Positions 38,397-49,521 are shown, counted from the first letter of the stretch. The stretch is DNA of 56,183 bases from Candidatus Heimdallarchaeota archaeon (GCA_019056785.1 DXJV01000061.1:1-56183), one strand, 5' to 3'. Program-made: numbers and translations. The notes: a model not told the origin generated them from the sequence alone.

Positions 38397-40322
38397 TTAA
38401 CACAAACGAATGGTCTCGAGAACGTCAGGTGCTTTGGTTTCTGTTTTTAGCATTTTATGTAAGGTGGAAGCCAAGGAGATACATTTTGATTTTTCACCAT
38501 GGATAAGGAATAACTTTTCAGGTCGAGGGGAAACTTTCCGTGCATAGGCTAGAAGTTCTTTGCGGTCGCTATGACCTGAGAATCCTATCACAGTGTGAAC
38601 CTCCATCTCAATGCGAACGATTTTTGCGTGCCCTTCCTTAATAACGGTGATTTCATTCACATTTTTCTGGATTTTTCTTCCAAGTGATCCTTCACCTTGA
38701 TAGGAGACAAACACAATGGAATTCTTGGCGTCACCAGACAATTTCTCGAAATATTCAACAGAAGGACCGCCAGTTAACATACCACTTGTTGCCATTATGA
38801 TGCAAGGGTCGCCCAGAATAATCTTGTCTCGTTCTTCTTTCCCTTCGACTTTGTGGAAACACTCGGCCAAAAATGGATTCTGGCCGGCATGGAAAATTTT
38901 ATCTCGAAGTTTCCGGCTGAGATATTCGGGATGGCAAGTAGTAACGGCAGTGGCCTCTGAGATCATTCCGTCAAGATATACAGGCACAGGAGGGATCAAG
39001 TTTTTCGAAATAAGGTTCTCAATAACTATTTGAAGTTCTTGTGCACGCCCCACTGCTAAGACGGGAATAAGTACCTTCCCACCACGATTTAGGGTATTGT
39101 TAATTATTTCGCGCAATTGGTTTTCAGCATCGACGTTTGAAGGCATAACATCTTGAGGATTACCATAAGTTGATTCCATAAGAAGAGCTTCTAAACGCGG
39201 GAATTTCGAGACCGCTGGGTCAAGCAAATTGGTTTGCCGGAATTTAAAGTCTTGAGCAACTGCTATATTGTAAAGCCCGTTACCAATATGGAGATGGACA
39301 ATGGCAGAACCCAAGATATGCCCTGCATTATGAAGCGTGAGACGCACGTCCGGAGAAATGTCAGTGACTTCACCATAATTCAAGGGGATGGTGTGTAAAA
39401 CGAGATTCCTAACATCTTTTGAACTATAAGGTAAGAGTTTTCCTTCTTTCTTTGCCACATCCAAATAATCAATTTGGAGGAGAGTCATCATGTTACTGGT
39501 TGCTTTGGTGGTATAAACAGGGCCTTCATAACCATATTTGTAAAGATAGGGGAGAAAACCACAATGATCAAGATGAGCGTGAGTTATAATAACGGCATCA
39601 AGATTTTCTATTGAAAATTCTAAGGCATCAAGACGGGGAAACATATCTTTTTGTGTATTCTTTCCAACATTCACTCCACAATCGATTAAAATACTACTTT
39701 CCGGCGTGCGGAGTAATGTGGAGCTTCTCCCGACCTCTCGATAACCACCAAGAGCAGTAATACGCACCCATTCCGTAGGGAATAATTGCCGGCGATGAAT
39801 TCTTCGACCAATTTTCCTCAGAATTTTCTTGCGCTCTTCACTATTTTTAAACAAAATTTCTCGGACGGTTTTGATGATACGGGATTCGAGAGGGGGGGTA
39901 CGAGAAACATTGGGCCGCCAAAACGTTTCTGAAGTAAGCGTCCGAAGCGTGGCACCATTTTTACCTATAACTAGTCCAGGTTTGACGGCTTCTATTAAAA
40001 TTTCACCAATGTTAGGATCAAATTGTATGGAGGTTACTTCAGCCTCTGCTGGAACTAATTCTTCTACGATGCGTTTTGCTTCCTTCTCACTTTTTCGTAT
40101 GCTCGGGTCGGAACGAATGACAATTCGTTTTCGCAAATCTTTTGCAAGATTTTTCACAAGGTCGCCATTGTCAACGAGAATCTGGGGGTTTCTTGAGTAA
40201 ACAGCCACTTCCGGGCCTTCAAATTCGATCTCTGTTATGTCAGCAGATGGTGGGGTTTTTGCTAATATTTCAGCTTTGATTTCATTCAGTGTTTCTTCAC
40301 TTACTAACATTGTTCTTGACAC
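38397..40322 (-). CDS. fttA: Beta-CASP ribonuclease aCPSF1 / transcription termination factor
   Basis: N-terminal KH domains (EFEGPE, KPGLVIGKNG), LGGYREVGRS, THAHLDH, AGHILGS, GFSGHSD. Confidence 0.96.
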   Translation of the reverse strand: MSRTMLVSEETLNEIKAEILAKTPPSADITEIEFEGPEVAVYSRNPQILVDNGDLVKNLAKDLRKRIVIRSDPSIRKSEKEAKRIVEELVPAEAEVTSIQFDPNIGEILIEAVKPGLVIGKNGATLRTLTSETFWRPNVSRTPPLESRIIKTVREILFKNSEERKKILRKIGRRIHRRQLFPTEWVRITALGGYREVGRSSTLLRTPESSILIDCGVNVGKNTQKDMFPRLDALEFSIENLDAVIITHAHLDHCGFLPYLYKYGYEGPVYTTKATSNMMTLLQIDYLDVAKKEGKLLPYSSKDVRNLVLHTIPLNYGEVTDISPDVRLTLHNAGHILGSAIVHLHIGNGLYNIAVAQDFKFRQTNLLDPAVSKFPRLEALLMESTYGNPQDVMPSNVDAENQLREIINNTLNRGGKVLIPVLAVGRAQELQIVIENLISKNLIPPVPVYLDGMISEATAVTTCHPEYLSRKLRDKIFHAGQNPFLAECFHKVEGKEERDKIILGDPCIIMATSGMLTGGPSVEYFEKLSGDAKNSIVFVSYQGEGSLGRKIQKNVNEITVIKEGHAKIVRIEMEVHTVIGFSGHSDRKELLAYARKVSPRPEKLFLIHGEKSKCISLASTLHKMLKTETKAPDVLETIRLC

Positions 40323-40368
40323 TCGTTATTTCATTAGTTTTTGGAGTCAAAGATACTGTGCATCCTTT

Positions 40369-40587
40369 GGAGTTTTGTGTTGTTGCGTGTTCTCTCAATT
40401 CTTTTCCTCTTGTTTAGTCCTTATCGTTTAAAAGGAACTTTTCGTTCTTTTGCTTGTTTGACTTCACAGATTTAATTCATGGAGCTTGCTTAAAATTGAT
40501 TTTAGCGGGATTAAATTGAGAGACAGGCACTACTGCCAAAAAAACTCCTTTTGTAATTGTGAGTCTTATTAATATTTAAAATTATTC
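40369..40587 (-). promoter_or_regulatory. Putative long structured 5' leader and TATA region of aCPSF1
   Basis: Nested inverted repeats GGAGTTTT/AAAACTCC (40369-76/40541-48) and TCTCTCAATT/AATTGAGAGA (40391-400/40514-23), three local hairpins, and an AT box at about 40566-40587. Confidence 0.45.
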
Positions 40588-40702
40588 TTAGCACTTTTAT
40601 AGCAAAAAAGCCTTGCTGACCCACTTTCGATATACACCAAGAAATAATGCTAATTCATGAAAAGTTATTAAAAGAGCCGAGGGGGGCTTAAAAACTACAG
40701 TA

Positions 40703-41635
40703 ATGTGGTTGATTGTTATGGCAAGCAAGAGAAAAATCGTTGAATCAGTTCCAAATTATAGCGAAGGGACTGATAGTAAAGTTGTCGAAGCGATTGTGGA
40801 TGAAATTCGAAAAACACCAAAAACGCGTATTGTGGACGTTCAATATGATTCTGATTACAATCGTGCTGTAATTACATTCGTAGGCGAGCCTGAAGCAGTC
40901 TTACAGGCAAATATTGCAGCGTCGAAAAAAGCGCTCGAATTGATCGATATGAACAAACACAAAGGACAACATCCACGAATTGGAGCAACAGATGTCGTTC
41001 CTTTTGTACCAGCACAAAATGTCACCATGGAAGAATGTGATGCATTAGCAAAAAGATATGCAAAAGCTATGGCAGAGCTTGGTGTTCCTGTCTATCTTTA
41101 CGAGGAATCTGCAACAAGACCAGAAAGAAAAAACATCGATAACATTCGTGTGGGAGATTACGAAGGACTGAAAGAGACTATTAAAACAAACCCTGACCAC
41201 AAGCCGGATTTCGGCCCCTCTGAATTTCACCCAACTGGTGGAGCAACTATTACCGGCGCAAGAATGCCATTAGTTTGTTTAAACATTAATTTAGGGACAA
41301 CTGATGTCAAAATAGCTAAACGTGTTGCACGAAGGATTCATCTCGCTTCTGGAGGATTAGTGAACATTAAAGCAATGGGGACTGCAATCGAAGGGAAAGA
41401 TTATGTTCAAGTAGGAATTAGCAATGTCAATTATAAGAAAACACCTCTCTACCGCCAACTTGAACTTGCTCGAATAGAAGCAGCAAGATATGGGGTTCCT
41501 ATCGTAGGAACAGAATTGGTTGGACCAATTCCCTTAGAAGCGGCTCTTAATTCCTTGGAGTACTATTTACAGCTCGTCAATCCAAAGCATCTCACAGAAG
41601 AAAATCTAATTGAACACTATTTTGATTTTGAGTGA
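40703..41635 (+). CDS. ftcD: Glutamate formiminotransferase (no cyclodeaminase domain)
   Basis: VESVPNYSEG, DYNRAVIT, IDMNKHKGQHPRIGATDVVPFVP, HPTGGATITGAR. Confidence 0.92.
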   Translation: MWLIVMASKRKIVESVPNYSEGTDSKVVEAIVDEIRKTPKTRIVDVQYDSDYNRAVITFVGEPEAVLQANIAASKKALELIDMNKHKGQHPRIGATDVVPFVPAQNVTMEECDALAKRYAKAMAELGVPVYLYEESATRPERKNIDNIRVGDYEGLKETIKTNPDHKPDFGPSEFHPTGGATITGARMPLVCLNINLGTTDVKIAKRVARRIHLASGGLVNIKAMGTAIEGKDYVQVGISNVNYKKTPLYRQLELARIEAARYGVPIVGTELVGPIPLEAALNSLEYYLQLVNPKHLTEENLIEHYFDFE

Positions 41636-41645
41636 ATGATCCCAT

Positions 41646-42944
41646 TCACTCTGAAGTTCTTTTTTTATGTTTCACAACAATTTTTCCTTTTTTAATGACT
41701 GTTTCTACAAGATTTACCCCAAATTGATAAGTGAGGAACTGATAATTTGGAACTTCAAAAATAACGATATCGGCTTGTTTTCCAACTTCCAAGCTACCAA
41801 TAAGATGCTCCCGATTTATCGCACAAGCAGCATTTAAGGTTGCAGCAGTCAATGCCTCTGCCGGGCTGAGTTTCATATTGTAACAAGATAAAGTGAGAAT
41901 CATTAACATGGATTCAGTCCAGCAATTGGGATTTAAATCCGTGGCAATAGCAATGGGAACACCATACTCAATCATTTTTCGGGCGGGAGCATAATTCTTC
42001 AACATTAAGCAGAATGGTGTGCCGGGAAGAAGAGTAGCAATAACGCCTGCTTTTGCCAGCGCTTTTAAGCCGGCATCATTGGACTGGAGAAGATGACCCA
42101 CCTGTACAGCTTTCAACTCGGCGGCCAATTTGGCACCATTCGTATCTACAATCTCATCAATATGAATTATTTTTTTCAAGCCGAACTGTTCTGCGGCAAG
42201 AAGAATTCGTCTTGTTTGCTCAATAGAAAAAATGCCTTCTTCACAAAAAACATCAACAAATTCAGCAAGATGCTCTCGAGCAATTTCCGGGAGCATTTCA
42301 GAAATGATTAATTGAACATACTCATCCGTTTTTCCTGAAAACTCGGGAGGGACAGCATGTGCCCCTAAAAAAGTGGCAACAAGTTCAATAGGATGAATGG
42401 CATTAAGTTGATGAATGGCTTTCAAAGACTTGATTTCATCTTTTACTGTGAGTCCATAGCCGGACTTTGCCTCCACAGTTGTGGTACCATAGGCAAGCAT
42501 TCGGTCAAGTATTTTTTTACCATTAGTAACGAGGGCTTCGAGAGAAGCTTTCCTCGTCTCCCGAACGGTTTTCAAAATTCCCCCTCCGGCAGCTAAAATC
42601 TCGAGGTATGTCTTCCCAGCGAGTTTCATCGCAAGTTCATTTTCACGCGAACCAGCAAAAATTAGATGAACATGAGGGTCGACAAAACCTGGTGTTACAA
42701 GTTTACCGGACGCATCAAGAACCTTTGTTTCTTGTGGCGCTATCAATTTTTGAGTTTGCAATTCCTCTGTTGTTCCCACAAAAATAATTTTTCCGTCTTT
42801 AACAGCAATCGCGCCATTCTTAATAATGGCAAGTTTATTCATATTTTCACCAATGCGCGGTACACCAAATTTCGAGTCAAGAGTCACAAGCTCATTTGCA
42901 TTCAAAATTACTAAATCAGCCACTTCAGAAGGCATTCCATTCAA
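41646..42944 (-). CDS. hutI: Imidazolonepropionase
   Basis: PGFVDPHVHL, YLEILAAGGGI, EAKSGYGL, FLGAH, DVFCE, ATDLNP. Confidence 0.95.
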   Translation of the reverse strand: MNGMPSEVADLVILNANELVTLDSKFGVPRIGENMNKLAIIKNGAIAVKDGKIIFVGTTEELQTQKLIAPQETKVLDASGKLVTPGFVDPHVHLIFAGSRENELAMKLAGKTYLEILAAGGGILKTVRETRKASLEALVTNGKKILDRMLAYGTTTVEAKSGYGLTVKDEIKSLKAIHQLNAIHPIELVATFLGAHAVPPEFSGKTDEYVQLIISEMLPEIAREHLAEFVDVFCEEGIFSIEQTRRILLAAEQFGLKKIIHIDEIVDTNGAKLAAELKAVQVGHLLQSNDAGLKALAKAGVIATLLPGTPFCLMLKNYAPARKMIEYGVPIAIATDLNPNCWTESMLMILTLSCYNMKLSPAEALTAATLNAACAINREHLIGSLEVGKQADIVIFEVPNYQFLTYQFGVNLVETVIKKGKIVVKHKKRTSE

Positions 42945-43101
42945 CTCACGTATTTATATGATTAGTATTCTTTGTTAAAGGCATTACTTATGAAGATTAT
43001 TCTTTATTAGAGAAAAACATCAAATAATTAAAAAAGTACTAATTATAAGAGAATAAAACAAACTAGTGAAATGAACAAATCGTATTTGGAGAAATGTTAG
43101 G

Positions 43102-44922
43102 TTGACAGATTTGAAAAAAGAGATCGACATATATGGTCGACCAATGTATATGGATTTGAAGCCAAAAGAACCATTAGCTGCAGATGAAAGCACCGAGCTT
43201 CTACACTGTAAAACATGGGATGCAGAAGCAGCCCTTCGGATGTTATATAATAACTTACATCCAAAAGTGGCTCGAAATTGGGAGGAATTAATTGTCTATG
43301 GTGGCTCTGGCAGAGCTGCTAGGAACTGGAAAGAATTTCACAAAATCGTTCGTGCACTAAAAGCATTAGAACCAGATGAAACATTGTGCATCCAATCCGG
43401 CAAAGCAGTTTATGTGGCGCCGACTCATGAAGACGCCCCCCGGGTGGTAATTGCTAACTCAAACCTTGTGGGCAACTGGGCAACGCAAGATTATTTTGAC
43501 CATCTTGATCGTCTGGGATTGATGATGTATGGGCAGATGACTGCTGGGAGCTGGATTTACATCGGAACGCAAGGTATTTTACAAGGAACCTATGAAAGTT
43601 TTGCTGCTGCAGGAAAAATGGATTTCCATACAGATTCGCTGGCTGGAAAATTGATTTTAACTGCTGGTATGGGTGCTATGTCAGGAGCCCAACCAATGGC
43701 AGGAACGCTAAATGATGCAGTCATTATTGATGTCGAAGTTCTCGAGTCAGAGGTCGCCCGTAAGGTCAAAGAAAACTATTGCGACAAAATGACCAAAGAT
43801 CTTGATGAGGCTTTAAAATGGGCTATGGAGGCAAAGGAACGAAAAGAACCCCTCTCAATAGGGTTAATTGGAAACGCAGCAGACATCCATCCCGAATTCG
43901 TGAAAAAAGGGGTCATTCCGGACATTGTCACCGACCAAACAAGTGCCCATGAAGTAAAGAAGTATGTACCAAGCGGATATGATAGAAACTACGTGGAACT
44001 ACTCGAGAGCGGTGTGGAAGTTAGAGAAGGAGAGTATGTTCGAGAATCCTTCAAATCCATGGCGACGCACGTTAAAGCAATGATTGACATGCAAAAGAAA
44101 GGCGCAATAGTATTTGACTATGGGAATGCCATTCGAAATCAAGTGGAATTAGCCATTAAAATTGCAATGGGAAAAGCACCCCCGGAAGGGGGCATGACAG
44201 CAGAAGATGTTGCCGACTTGAAGCGCCATTTGGAACAATTGAACATCCTAACCGTACGAAAAGAGGATGGTGGCTACATCTATCCTGGATTTGTCTTAAA
44301 ATACGTCCGACCCCTCTTTTGTGAAGGGAAAGGGCCATTTAGGTGGGCATGTTTATCTGGCAATCCGAAAGATCTGGCTGCAATAGATGATGCCTTAATT
44401 TCCACATTCCCAGATGACAAACCACTCATTCGTTGGATTGACAGAGTTCGAAAGAAAGTTCCTATCCTCGGCCTTCCGACCAGAATTTGTTGGTTAGGCT
44501 ATGGCGACCGAGCAAAGTTTGGGCTAATAATTAATGACCTCGTCAAAGAAGGAACAGTCACGGCACCTGTTGTTATTGGACGCGACCATTTAGATTGTGG
44601 TTCTGTTGCATCCCCAAGTAGAGAAACCGAAGGAATGAAAGATGGAAGCGATGCAATTGCAGATTGGCCGCTGCTCAATTTTGCCTTAAATGCCATAAAT
44701 GGTGCAAGCTGGGTTTCCTTCCACCATGGTGGTGGTGTAGGCATTGGTAAATCACTCCACGCAGGAATGGTTATCGTTGCAGATGGAACGAAAGCAAAAG
44801 CAAAACGATTACAACGCGTCCTCACCGTTGACCCAGGTACAGGAATAGCCAGACATGTAGATGCCGGCTATGAAAAAGCTTGTCGTATCGCTGAAGAACG
44901 GAACGTAAAAATCCCCAAATAA
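43102..44922 (+). CDS. hutU: Urocanate hydratase
   Basis: [58 protein letters not shown]. Confidence 0.97.
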   Translation: MTDLKKEIDIYGRPMYMDLKPKEPLAADESTELLHCKTWDAEAALRMLYNNLHPKVARNWEELIVYGGSGRAARNWKEFHKIVRALKALEPDETLCIQSGKAVYVAPTHEDAPRVVIANSNLVGNWATQDYFDHLDRLGLMMYGQMTAGSWIYIGTQGILQGTYESFAAAGKMDFHTDSLAGKLILTAGMGAMSGAQPMAGTLNDAVIIDVEVLESEVARKVKENYCDKMTKDLDEALKWAMEAKERKEPLSIGLIGNAADIHPEFVKKGVIPDIVTDQTSAHEVKKYVPSGYDRNYVELLESGVEVREGEYVRESFKSMATHVKAMIDMQKKGAIVFDYGNAIRNQVELAIKIAMGKAPPEGGMTAEDVADLKRHLEQLNILTVRKEDGGYIYPGFVLKYVRPLFCEGKGPFRWACLSGNPKDLAAIDDALISTFPDDKPLIRWIDRVRKKVPILGLPTRICWLGYGDRAKFGLIINDLVKEGTVTAPVVIGRDHLDCGSVASPSRETEGMKDGSDAIADWPLLNFALNAINGASWVSFHHGGGVGIGKSLHAGMVIVADGTKAKAKRLQRVLTVDPGTGIARHVDAGYEKACRIAEERNVKIPK

Positions 44923-44941
44923 AATAAGGTGGCACAGATCA

Positions 44942-45736
44942 ATGCAACTCCAGCCCACAGTTTTTGATATAGACTGCAAAGCAGTAAGTGAAAAAATCGA
45001 AGATTTCATTTGCGAGTACGTGGCACAATCAAAAACAAAAGGAGTTGTTGTTGGATTAAGTGGAGGGATAGACTCTTCGGTGACTACAGCACTCGCAGTC
45101 CGAGCTTTGGGAAAAAGAAATGTATTGGGGCTTATCCTTCCAAACGCTAACCTTGCACAACATTATGAAGACGACGCGCGTACGCTGGCAAGACAACTGG
45201 GCATTACCGTTAAAAAAGTCTCTATTGCTGATTTTATTTCGGCTTTTACAAAAAATGTTGACATAGAGCTTAGTAAGAATAGACTGGTCTTAGGAAATGC
45301 CATGGCACGGTTCCGGATGATCATCAATTATGCCTATGCGAATTACTATCACTATCTTGTCCTTGGCACCAGTAACAAGACAGAGATAATGGTTGGCTAT
45401 GTTACAAAGTACGGAGACGGCGGGGTGGATTTTGAACCTTGTGGAGGGCTTTACAAAACACAAATTCGTTTAATGGCAAAATACCTGAACATACCAAAAC
45501 CTATTATTGAGAAACCTCCTTCCGCTGGGTTTTGGGACGGGCAGACAGATGAAGGAGAACTTGGCATTACTTACGATTTGTTAGATCTTATTCTCTATGG
45601 TATTGAACACAATTACAATCCAAAGGACATTGCAAAAGAGTTACAAATAAAGGAAATGGTCGTTGAAAGGGTTTTAGAAATGACCGCAAAATCAGAGCAT
45701 AAGAGACACATTCCACCTGTTTTTGAACTCGAGTGA
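44942..45736 (+). CDS. nadE: NH3-dependent NAD+ synthetase
   Basis: GLSGGIDS, NAMARFRM, GTSNKTE, TKYGDG, PSAG..QTDE. Confidence 0.95.
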   Translation: MQLQPTVFDIDCKAVSEKIEDFICEYVAQSKTKGVVVGLSGGIDSSVTTALAVRALGKRNVLGLILPNANLAQHYEDDARTLARQLGITVKKVSIADFISAFTKNVDIELSKNRLVLGNAMARFRMIINYAYANYYHYLVLGTSNKTEIMVGYVTKYGDGGVDFEPCGGLYKTQIRLMAKYLNIPKPIIEKPPSAGFWDGQTDEGELGITYDLLDLILYGIEHNYNPKDIAKELQIKEMVVERVLEMTAKSEHKRHIPPVFELE

Positions 45737-45838
45737 GTTCACTCCCCTTTTTTTCTTTTTAAGAAGAAAGCTTTAAGGAGAGCATTTTTTTAAATAATAA
45801 AATTAAACTAATTTCCAATAGCACACGGACGTAGGAAT

Positions 45839-46567
45839 TTGTCTAAATCAATACTTTGCCCGGAAGAACTTGAACTGTTAATCTTTGGTGAGAAAATAGA
45901 ACTCAAACAGCTCCAGGGAAAGCTTATCCATGTTTTTGGCGAAGCCGGAAGTGGCAAAACCTCTTTAGCAATTCAACTTGCCGTAAACTTTTGCGCAAAT
46001 GAACAAAAAGTCGTATTAATTGACACCGAAGGGAAAATAACCGGGCATCAGATGAAAAAATATTTCAGCGGCAAAAATTTTTCGAAACTCAATTCATTAT
46101 TAAAATTGTATCAACCAAAGAATTTTCAAGAGCAATTTGAGCTCATAAATAAGTTAGAATTCTTTCTACAAAATCAGAGTATTGGTTTATTGTTGGTCGA
46201 CACTATTACTAACTTTTACCGACAAGAGTCAACAAACCAATCAAGAGAGAAAAAAGCCTTTAAGAAACTGGCGTTTCAAGTAGCATTATTACGACAAATT
46301 AGCCACCGATTACATTTTCCGGTAATTCTTTTCAACCAAGCAACAATGATTAGGAGAAAGACAAAAGGCGAGCAGGATATTTTAGCCCTTCTTTCCGAAG
46401 AACGCATACGTCCTGTAGCAAAAGCAATTTTACAATATTGGTCTGATAGAGAAATTATTCTTTTATCACATGGTTTTGGACGATTTGAAGCGAGAATTCC
46501 AACGGAAATTGAAGGAAGAGTTAAATTTGAGATTACTGCAAATGGAATCTCACCCCTAAAGAAATGA
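45839..46567 (+). CDS. radB: RadB-like RecA-superfamily paralogue
   Basis: GEAGSGKT, IDTEG, Walker B LLLVDTI, FNQ; lacks the RadA N-terminal domain. Confidence 0.75.
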   Translation: MSKSILCPEELELLIFGEKIELKQLQGKLIHVFGEAGSGKTSLAIQLAVNFCANEQKVVLIDTEGKITGHQMKKYFSGKNFSKLNSLLKLYQPKNFQEQFELINKLEFFLQNQSIGLLLVDTITNFYRQESTNQSREKKAFKKLAFQVALLRQISHRLHFPVILFNQATMIRRKTKGEQDILALLSEERIRPVAKAILQYWSDREIILLSHGFGRFEARIPTEIEGRVKFEITANGISPLKK

Positions 46568-46583
46568 ACCAAAGTGAAGAAGA

Positions 46584-47582
46584 ATGAATGAAACGATTGA
46601 TGTTGAAGAAGAGTTCAAGGACCATCCCGAAGTCATTGCCTTACAAAGGGAACTAAAAGGGATGAGCAAAGAGGTCATGAAAAAAACAATGGATAGCCTA
46701 CGGACAGAAATTACCCAGATCTCAACAAAAATTGCCCAATTAAAAAAGAAACGGGAAGAGCATAATGCTGAAGCAAGGCATTATCGAGCAATGCGTGACA
46801 ATGTAAGCGGTGACAAATTTTCAAATATAAATCAATTACGAGAAAGGGCGAAAGAGGAAAAAGAAGCACGAGATCGGTGTAACGAGGAGATACGTAAGTA
46901 TAAGAAAATTCGCGAAGAGCTTAAAGAGAAAATCAGAGCGGCATGGGGAAAAGTAAAAGAACTGCGCGAGAAATATTACCAAATGAAGGACGAAGTTGGG
47001 GTAATTCCGGAAGAAATTACCAATGAAATCCGTGACCTTGAATGGAAACAACAAACAACGATTCTCACACTGGAAGAGGATGCATATGTCACTAAACGAA
47101 TAACAGAACTTTATGAAAAAGCCTACACAGCACATCTCATTGGATTTTCCTCAAGCGAACTCGAAGCAGCAGTAGAACAGGCAAAGCAACTTTCAAAAGA
47201 GCAAGAAGAAGCCCACCAAAAAGTCCTCTTCTTCCATGAAGAGGGACAAAAGCATCATGAAGCAATGCAACAGATCTATAAGGAGCTGGATGAATTAAGA
47301 GCCGGTGGGGATAAAATGCATCAAAAATATCTCGAGGCGCGTCAAGCAGCAGATTTAGCACATAAAAATATAGTCGAATTGTACAATCAGATTAAATTAA
47401 AACAATTTCTTATTGAATTAATAGAAGATGAGCAAAGCAGAAGAAGACATGAACAAATCCTCAAACAGAAAGCAAAGAAAATAGAAGAAACAAAGAAGAA
47501 ACAGACCGCAAAAAAGAGTTTGAGTTTAGATGAACTCCGGCTTTTGTTGGGTGAAGATGAGGAAGAAAATGGAACTAAATAA
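46584..47582 (+). CDS. Conserved archaeal coiled-coil protein (COG1340-like)
   Basis: Heptad E/K/R-rich sequence, LEWKQQTTILTLEE, H-containing repeats, LSLDELRLL. Confidence 0.75.
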   Translation: MNETIDVEEEFKDHPEVIALQRELKGMSKEVMKKTMDSLRTEITQISTKIAQLKKKREEHNAEARHYRAMRDNVSGDKFSNINQLRERAKEEKEARDRCNEEIRKYKKIREELKEKIRAAWGKVKELREKYYQMKDEVGVIPEEITNEIRDLEWKQQTTILTLEEDAYVTKRITELYEKAYTAHLIGFSSSELEAAVEQAKQLSKEQEEAHQKVLFFHEEGQKHHEAMQQIYKELDELRAGGDKMHQKYLEARQAADLAHKNIVELYNQIKLKQFLIELIEDEQSRRRHEQILKQKAKKIEETKKKQTAKKSLSLDELRLLLGEDEEENGTK

Positions 47583-47643
47583 TTTTAAAGCAAATAATTA
47601 AAACAGAGAAATTAATTGACAAGTAAAGAAGTTGGTAGAATCA

Positions 47644-49515
47644 ATGACGCGAGTTGCCATTGTCGAAAGAGAAAAATGTAACAAGAAAAAATGCGCCCTA
47701 GAATGCATCAAATATTGCCCCGTTAACCGAACCTCGGATGAGCCTTGCATTTCCCTCGACGAAAAAACAGGGAAAGCAAAAATCATCGAGCTTTTATGCA
47801 CAGGATGTGGCATTTGTGTGAAAAAATGTCCGAGAAAGGCAATTCAAATCATCAACCTACCGGATGAACTCGAGACTGATTTAGTCCATCGTTACGGGCA
47901 GAATGGGTTTAAACTTTACCGCTTACCAAAACCACGACCCGGAAGTGTTTTAGGGCTAATTGGACAAAATGGCGCAGGAAAGTCAACGTCCTTAAAGATT
48001 CTTGCAGGACAGCTAAAACCCAATCTGGGAAACTGGGACAACCCACCATCTTGGGAGGAGATCATTGAATATTTCCGTGGGTCGGAATTGCAAAACTATT
48101 TTCAAGCCATTCAGGATGGAAAGCTAAAAACAGCAATAAAACCCCAAGAAATCAGTGGACTGCCAAAACATGCGAAAGGAGTGGTGAAAGACCTCCTGGC
48201 GAAAGTGGATGAACGTGGCGCAAAGGATGAAGTTAAGGTTTTACTAAATCTGGAGAAATTTTGGGACAGAGAACTCGCAGTCTTGAGTGGTGGTGAATTA
48301 CAAAGAGTGGCAATTGCAGCAACCATTGTGAAAGATGCTGATGTCTATCTTTTTGACGAACCCTCAAGTTTTCTGGATGTAAAAGAACGAATGAACGCAG
48401 CAACCGCAATTCGTAGCCTAATTGCGGACAACAAGTATATTGTGAATGTTGAACATGATCTTGCGGTTTGTGATGCAATTAGCGATCAAATATCAATGTA
48501 TTATGGCTCAGCGGGGGCATATGGAATTGTCACCCATCCAAAGGGCGTTCGAGATGGCATTAATGTATTTCTCGATGGATTTATTCCTGATGAAAACATG
48601 CGCTTCAGGGACTATAGCATTTCCTTTAGCAGAGTCCCGGCACCATCAGAAGGAAGCATCAGTCATAAAGTTGCCCTGCGCTACGGCGCCTTTACAAAAG
48701 ATTTCAATGGCTTCAAATTCAAATCAGGACCAGGAACAATACACAATTCAGAAATAATTGGAATTATTGGTCCAAATGGCATAGGAAAAACAACCTTTGC
48801 AAAAATTTTGGCAGGCGATGAACAACCTACCACTGGGGAGGTGTATCTCGAGGTTAACTTTAACCAGCAACCTAAAGAGGAAAAAAGTGAGGAAGAAGGA
48901 GAAGAGGAACATATCAAGATCAAAATTGGGCACAAACCACAATATATCAATGTTGACTTTAAAGGCACAGTGGAGGAATTTCTCATTTCAATAAATAAAA
49001 CCTTACTTTCTGACCCGTGGACTCGTGCCGAAATCATCCGTCCATTGAAAATTGAGGATCTTTTAATGCGAAATATCGAAGACCTTAGTGGTGGAGAATT
49101 ACAGAAAATAGCCATTGCCGGAACGCTTGCTCAGGAATGTGAGATGTACCTATTTGATGAACCAAGTGCTTATTTAGATTCCGAAACGCGGATGGTGGTC
49201 GCAAAAATTATTCAAAAGATAATGCGAACAAAAGGACGCGCAGCATTCGTTATTGACCACGACTTAATGTTCATCGACTATTTGAGTGATAATTTAATGG
49301 TCTTCGAAGGAGAACCCGGCGTTCGTGGTAAAGCAAACTCACCTACAGACCTGCGACGAGGAATGAACAAATTCTTGAAATCTATTGATATCACATTCCG
49401 GAGAGACAAAGTTTCAGGAAGGCCCCGAGTAAATAAAAAAGGCTCACGATTGGATAGGGCGCAACGAGAAATTGGGGAATTTTATTATGTCCCCAGCAGT
49501 CTTGAAAAAGAATAA
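47644..49515 (+). CDS. rli1: Ribosome recycling ATPase ABCE1/Rli1
   Basis: N-terminal Fe-S (CIKYCP, CTGCGICVKKCP), two ABC domains, ITFRRD..GRPRVNK. Confidence 0.96.
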   Translation: MTRVAIVEREKCNKKKCALECIKYCPVNRTSDEPCISLDEKTGKAKIIELLCTGCGICVKKCPRKAIQIINLPDELETDLVHRYGQNGFKLYRLPKPRPGSVLGLIGQNGAGKSTSLKILAGQLKPNLGNWDNPPSWEEIIEYFRGSELQNYFQAIQDGKLKTAIKPQEISGLPKHAKGVVKDLLAKVDERGAKDEVKVLLNLEKFWDRELAVLSGGELQRVAIAATIVKDADVYLFDEPSSFLDVKERMNAATAIRSLIADNKYIVNVEHDLAVCDAISDQISMYYGSAGAYGIVTHPKGVRDGINVFLDGFIPDENMRFRDYSISFSRVPAPSEGSISHKVALRYGAFTKDFNGFKFKSGPGTIHNSEIIGIIGPNGIGKTTFAKILAGDEQPTTGEVYLEVNFNQQPKEEKSEEEGEEEHIKIKIGHKPQYINVDFKGTVEEFLISINKTLLSDPWTRAEIIRPLKIEDLLMRNIEDLSGGELQKIAIAGTLAQECEMYLFDEPSAYLDSETRMVVAKIIQKIMRTKGRAAFVIDHDLMFIDYLSDNLMVFEGEPGVRGKANSPTDLRRGMNKFLKSIDITFRRDKVSGRPRVNKKGSRLDRAQREIGEFYYVPSSLEKE

Positions 49516-49521
49516 AAAAGA

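Noticed and set aside
46584-47582. SMC- or ESCRT-III-like protein
   Set aside because: No ATPase motifs or Snf7 pattern; it fits the common archaeal coiled-coil family
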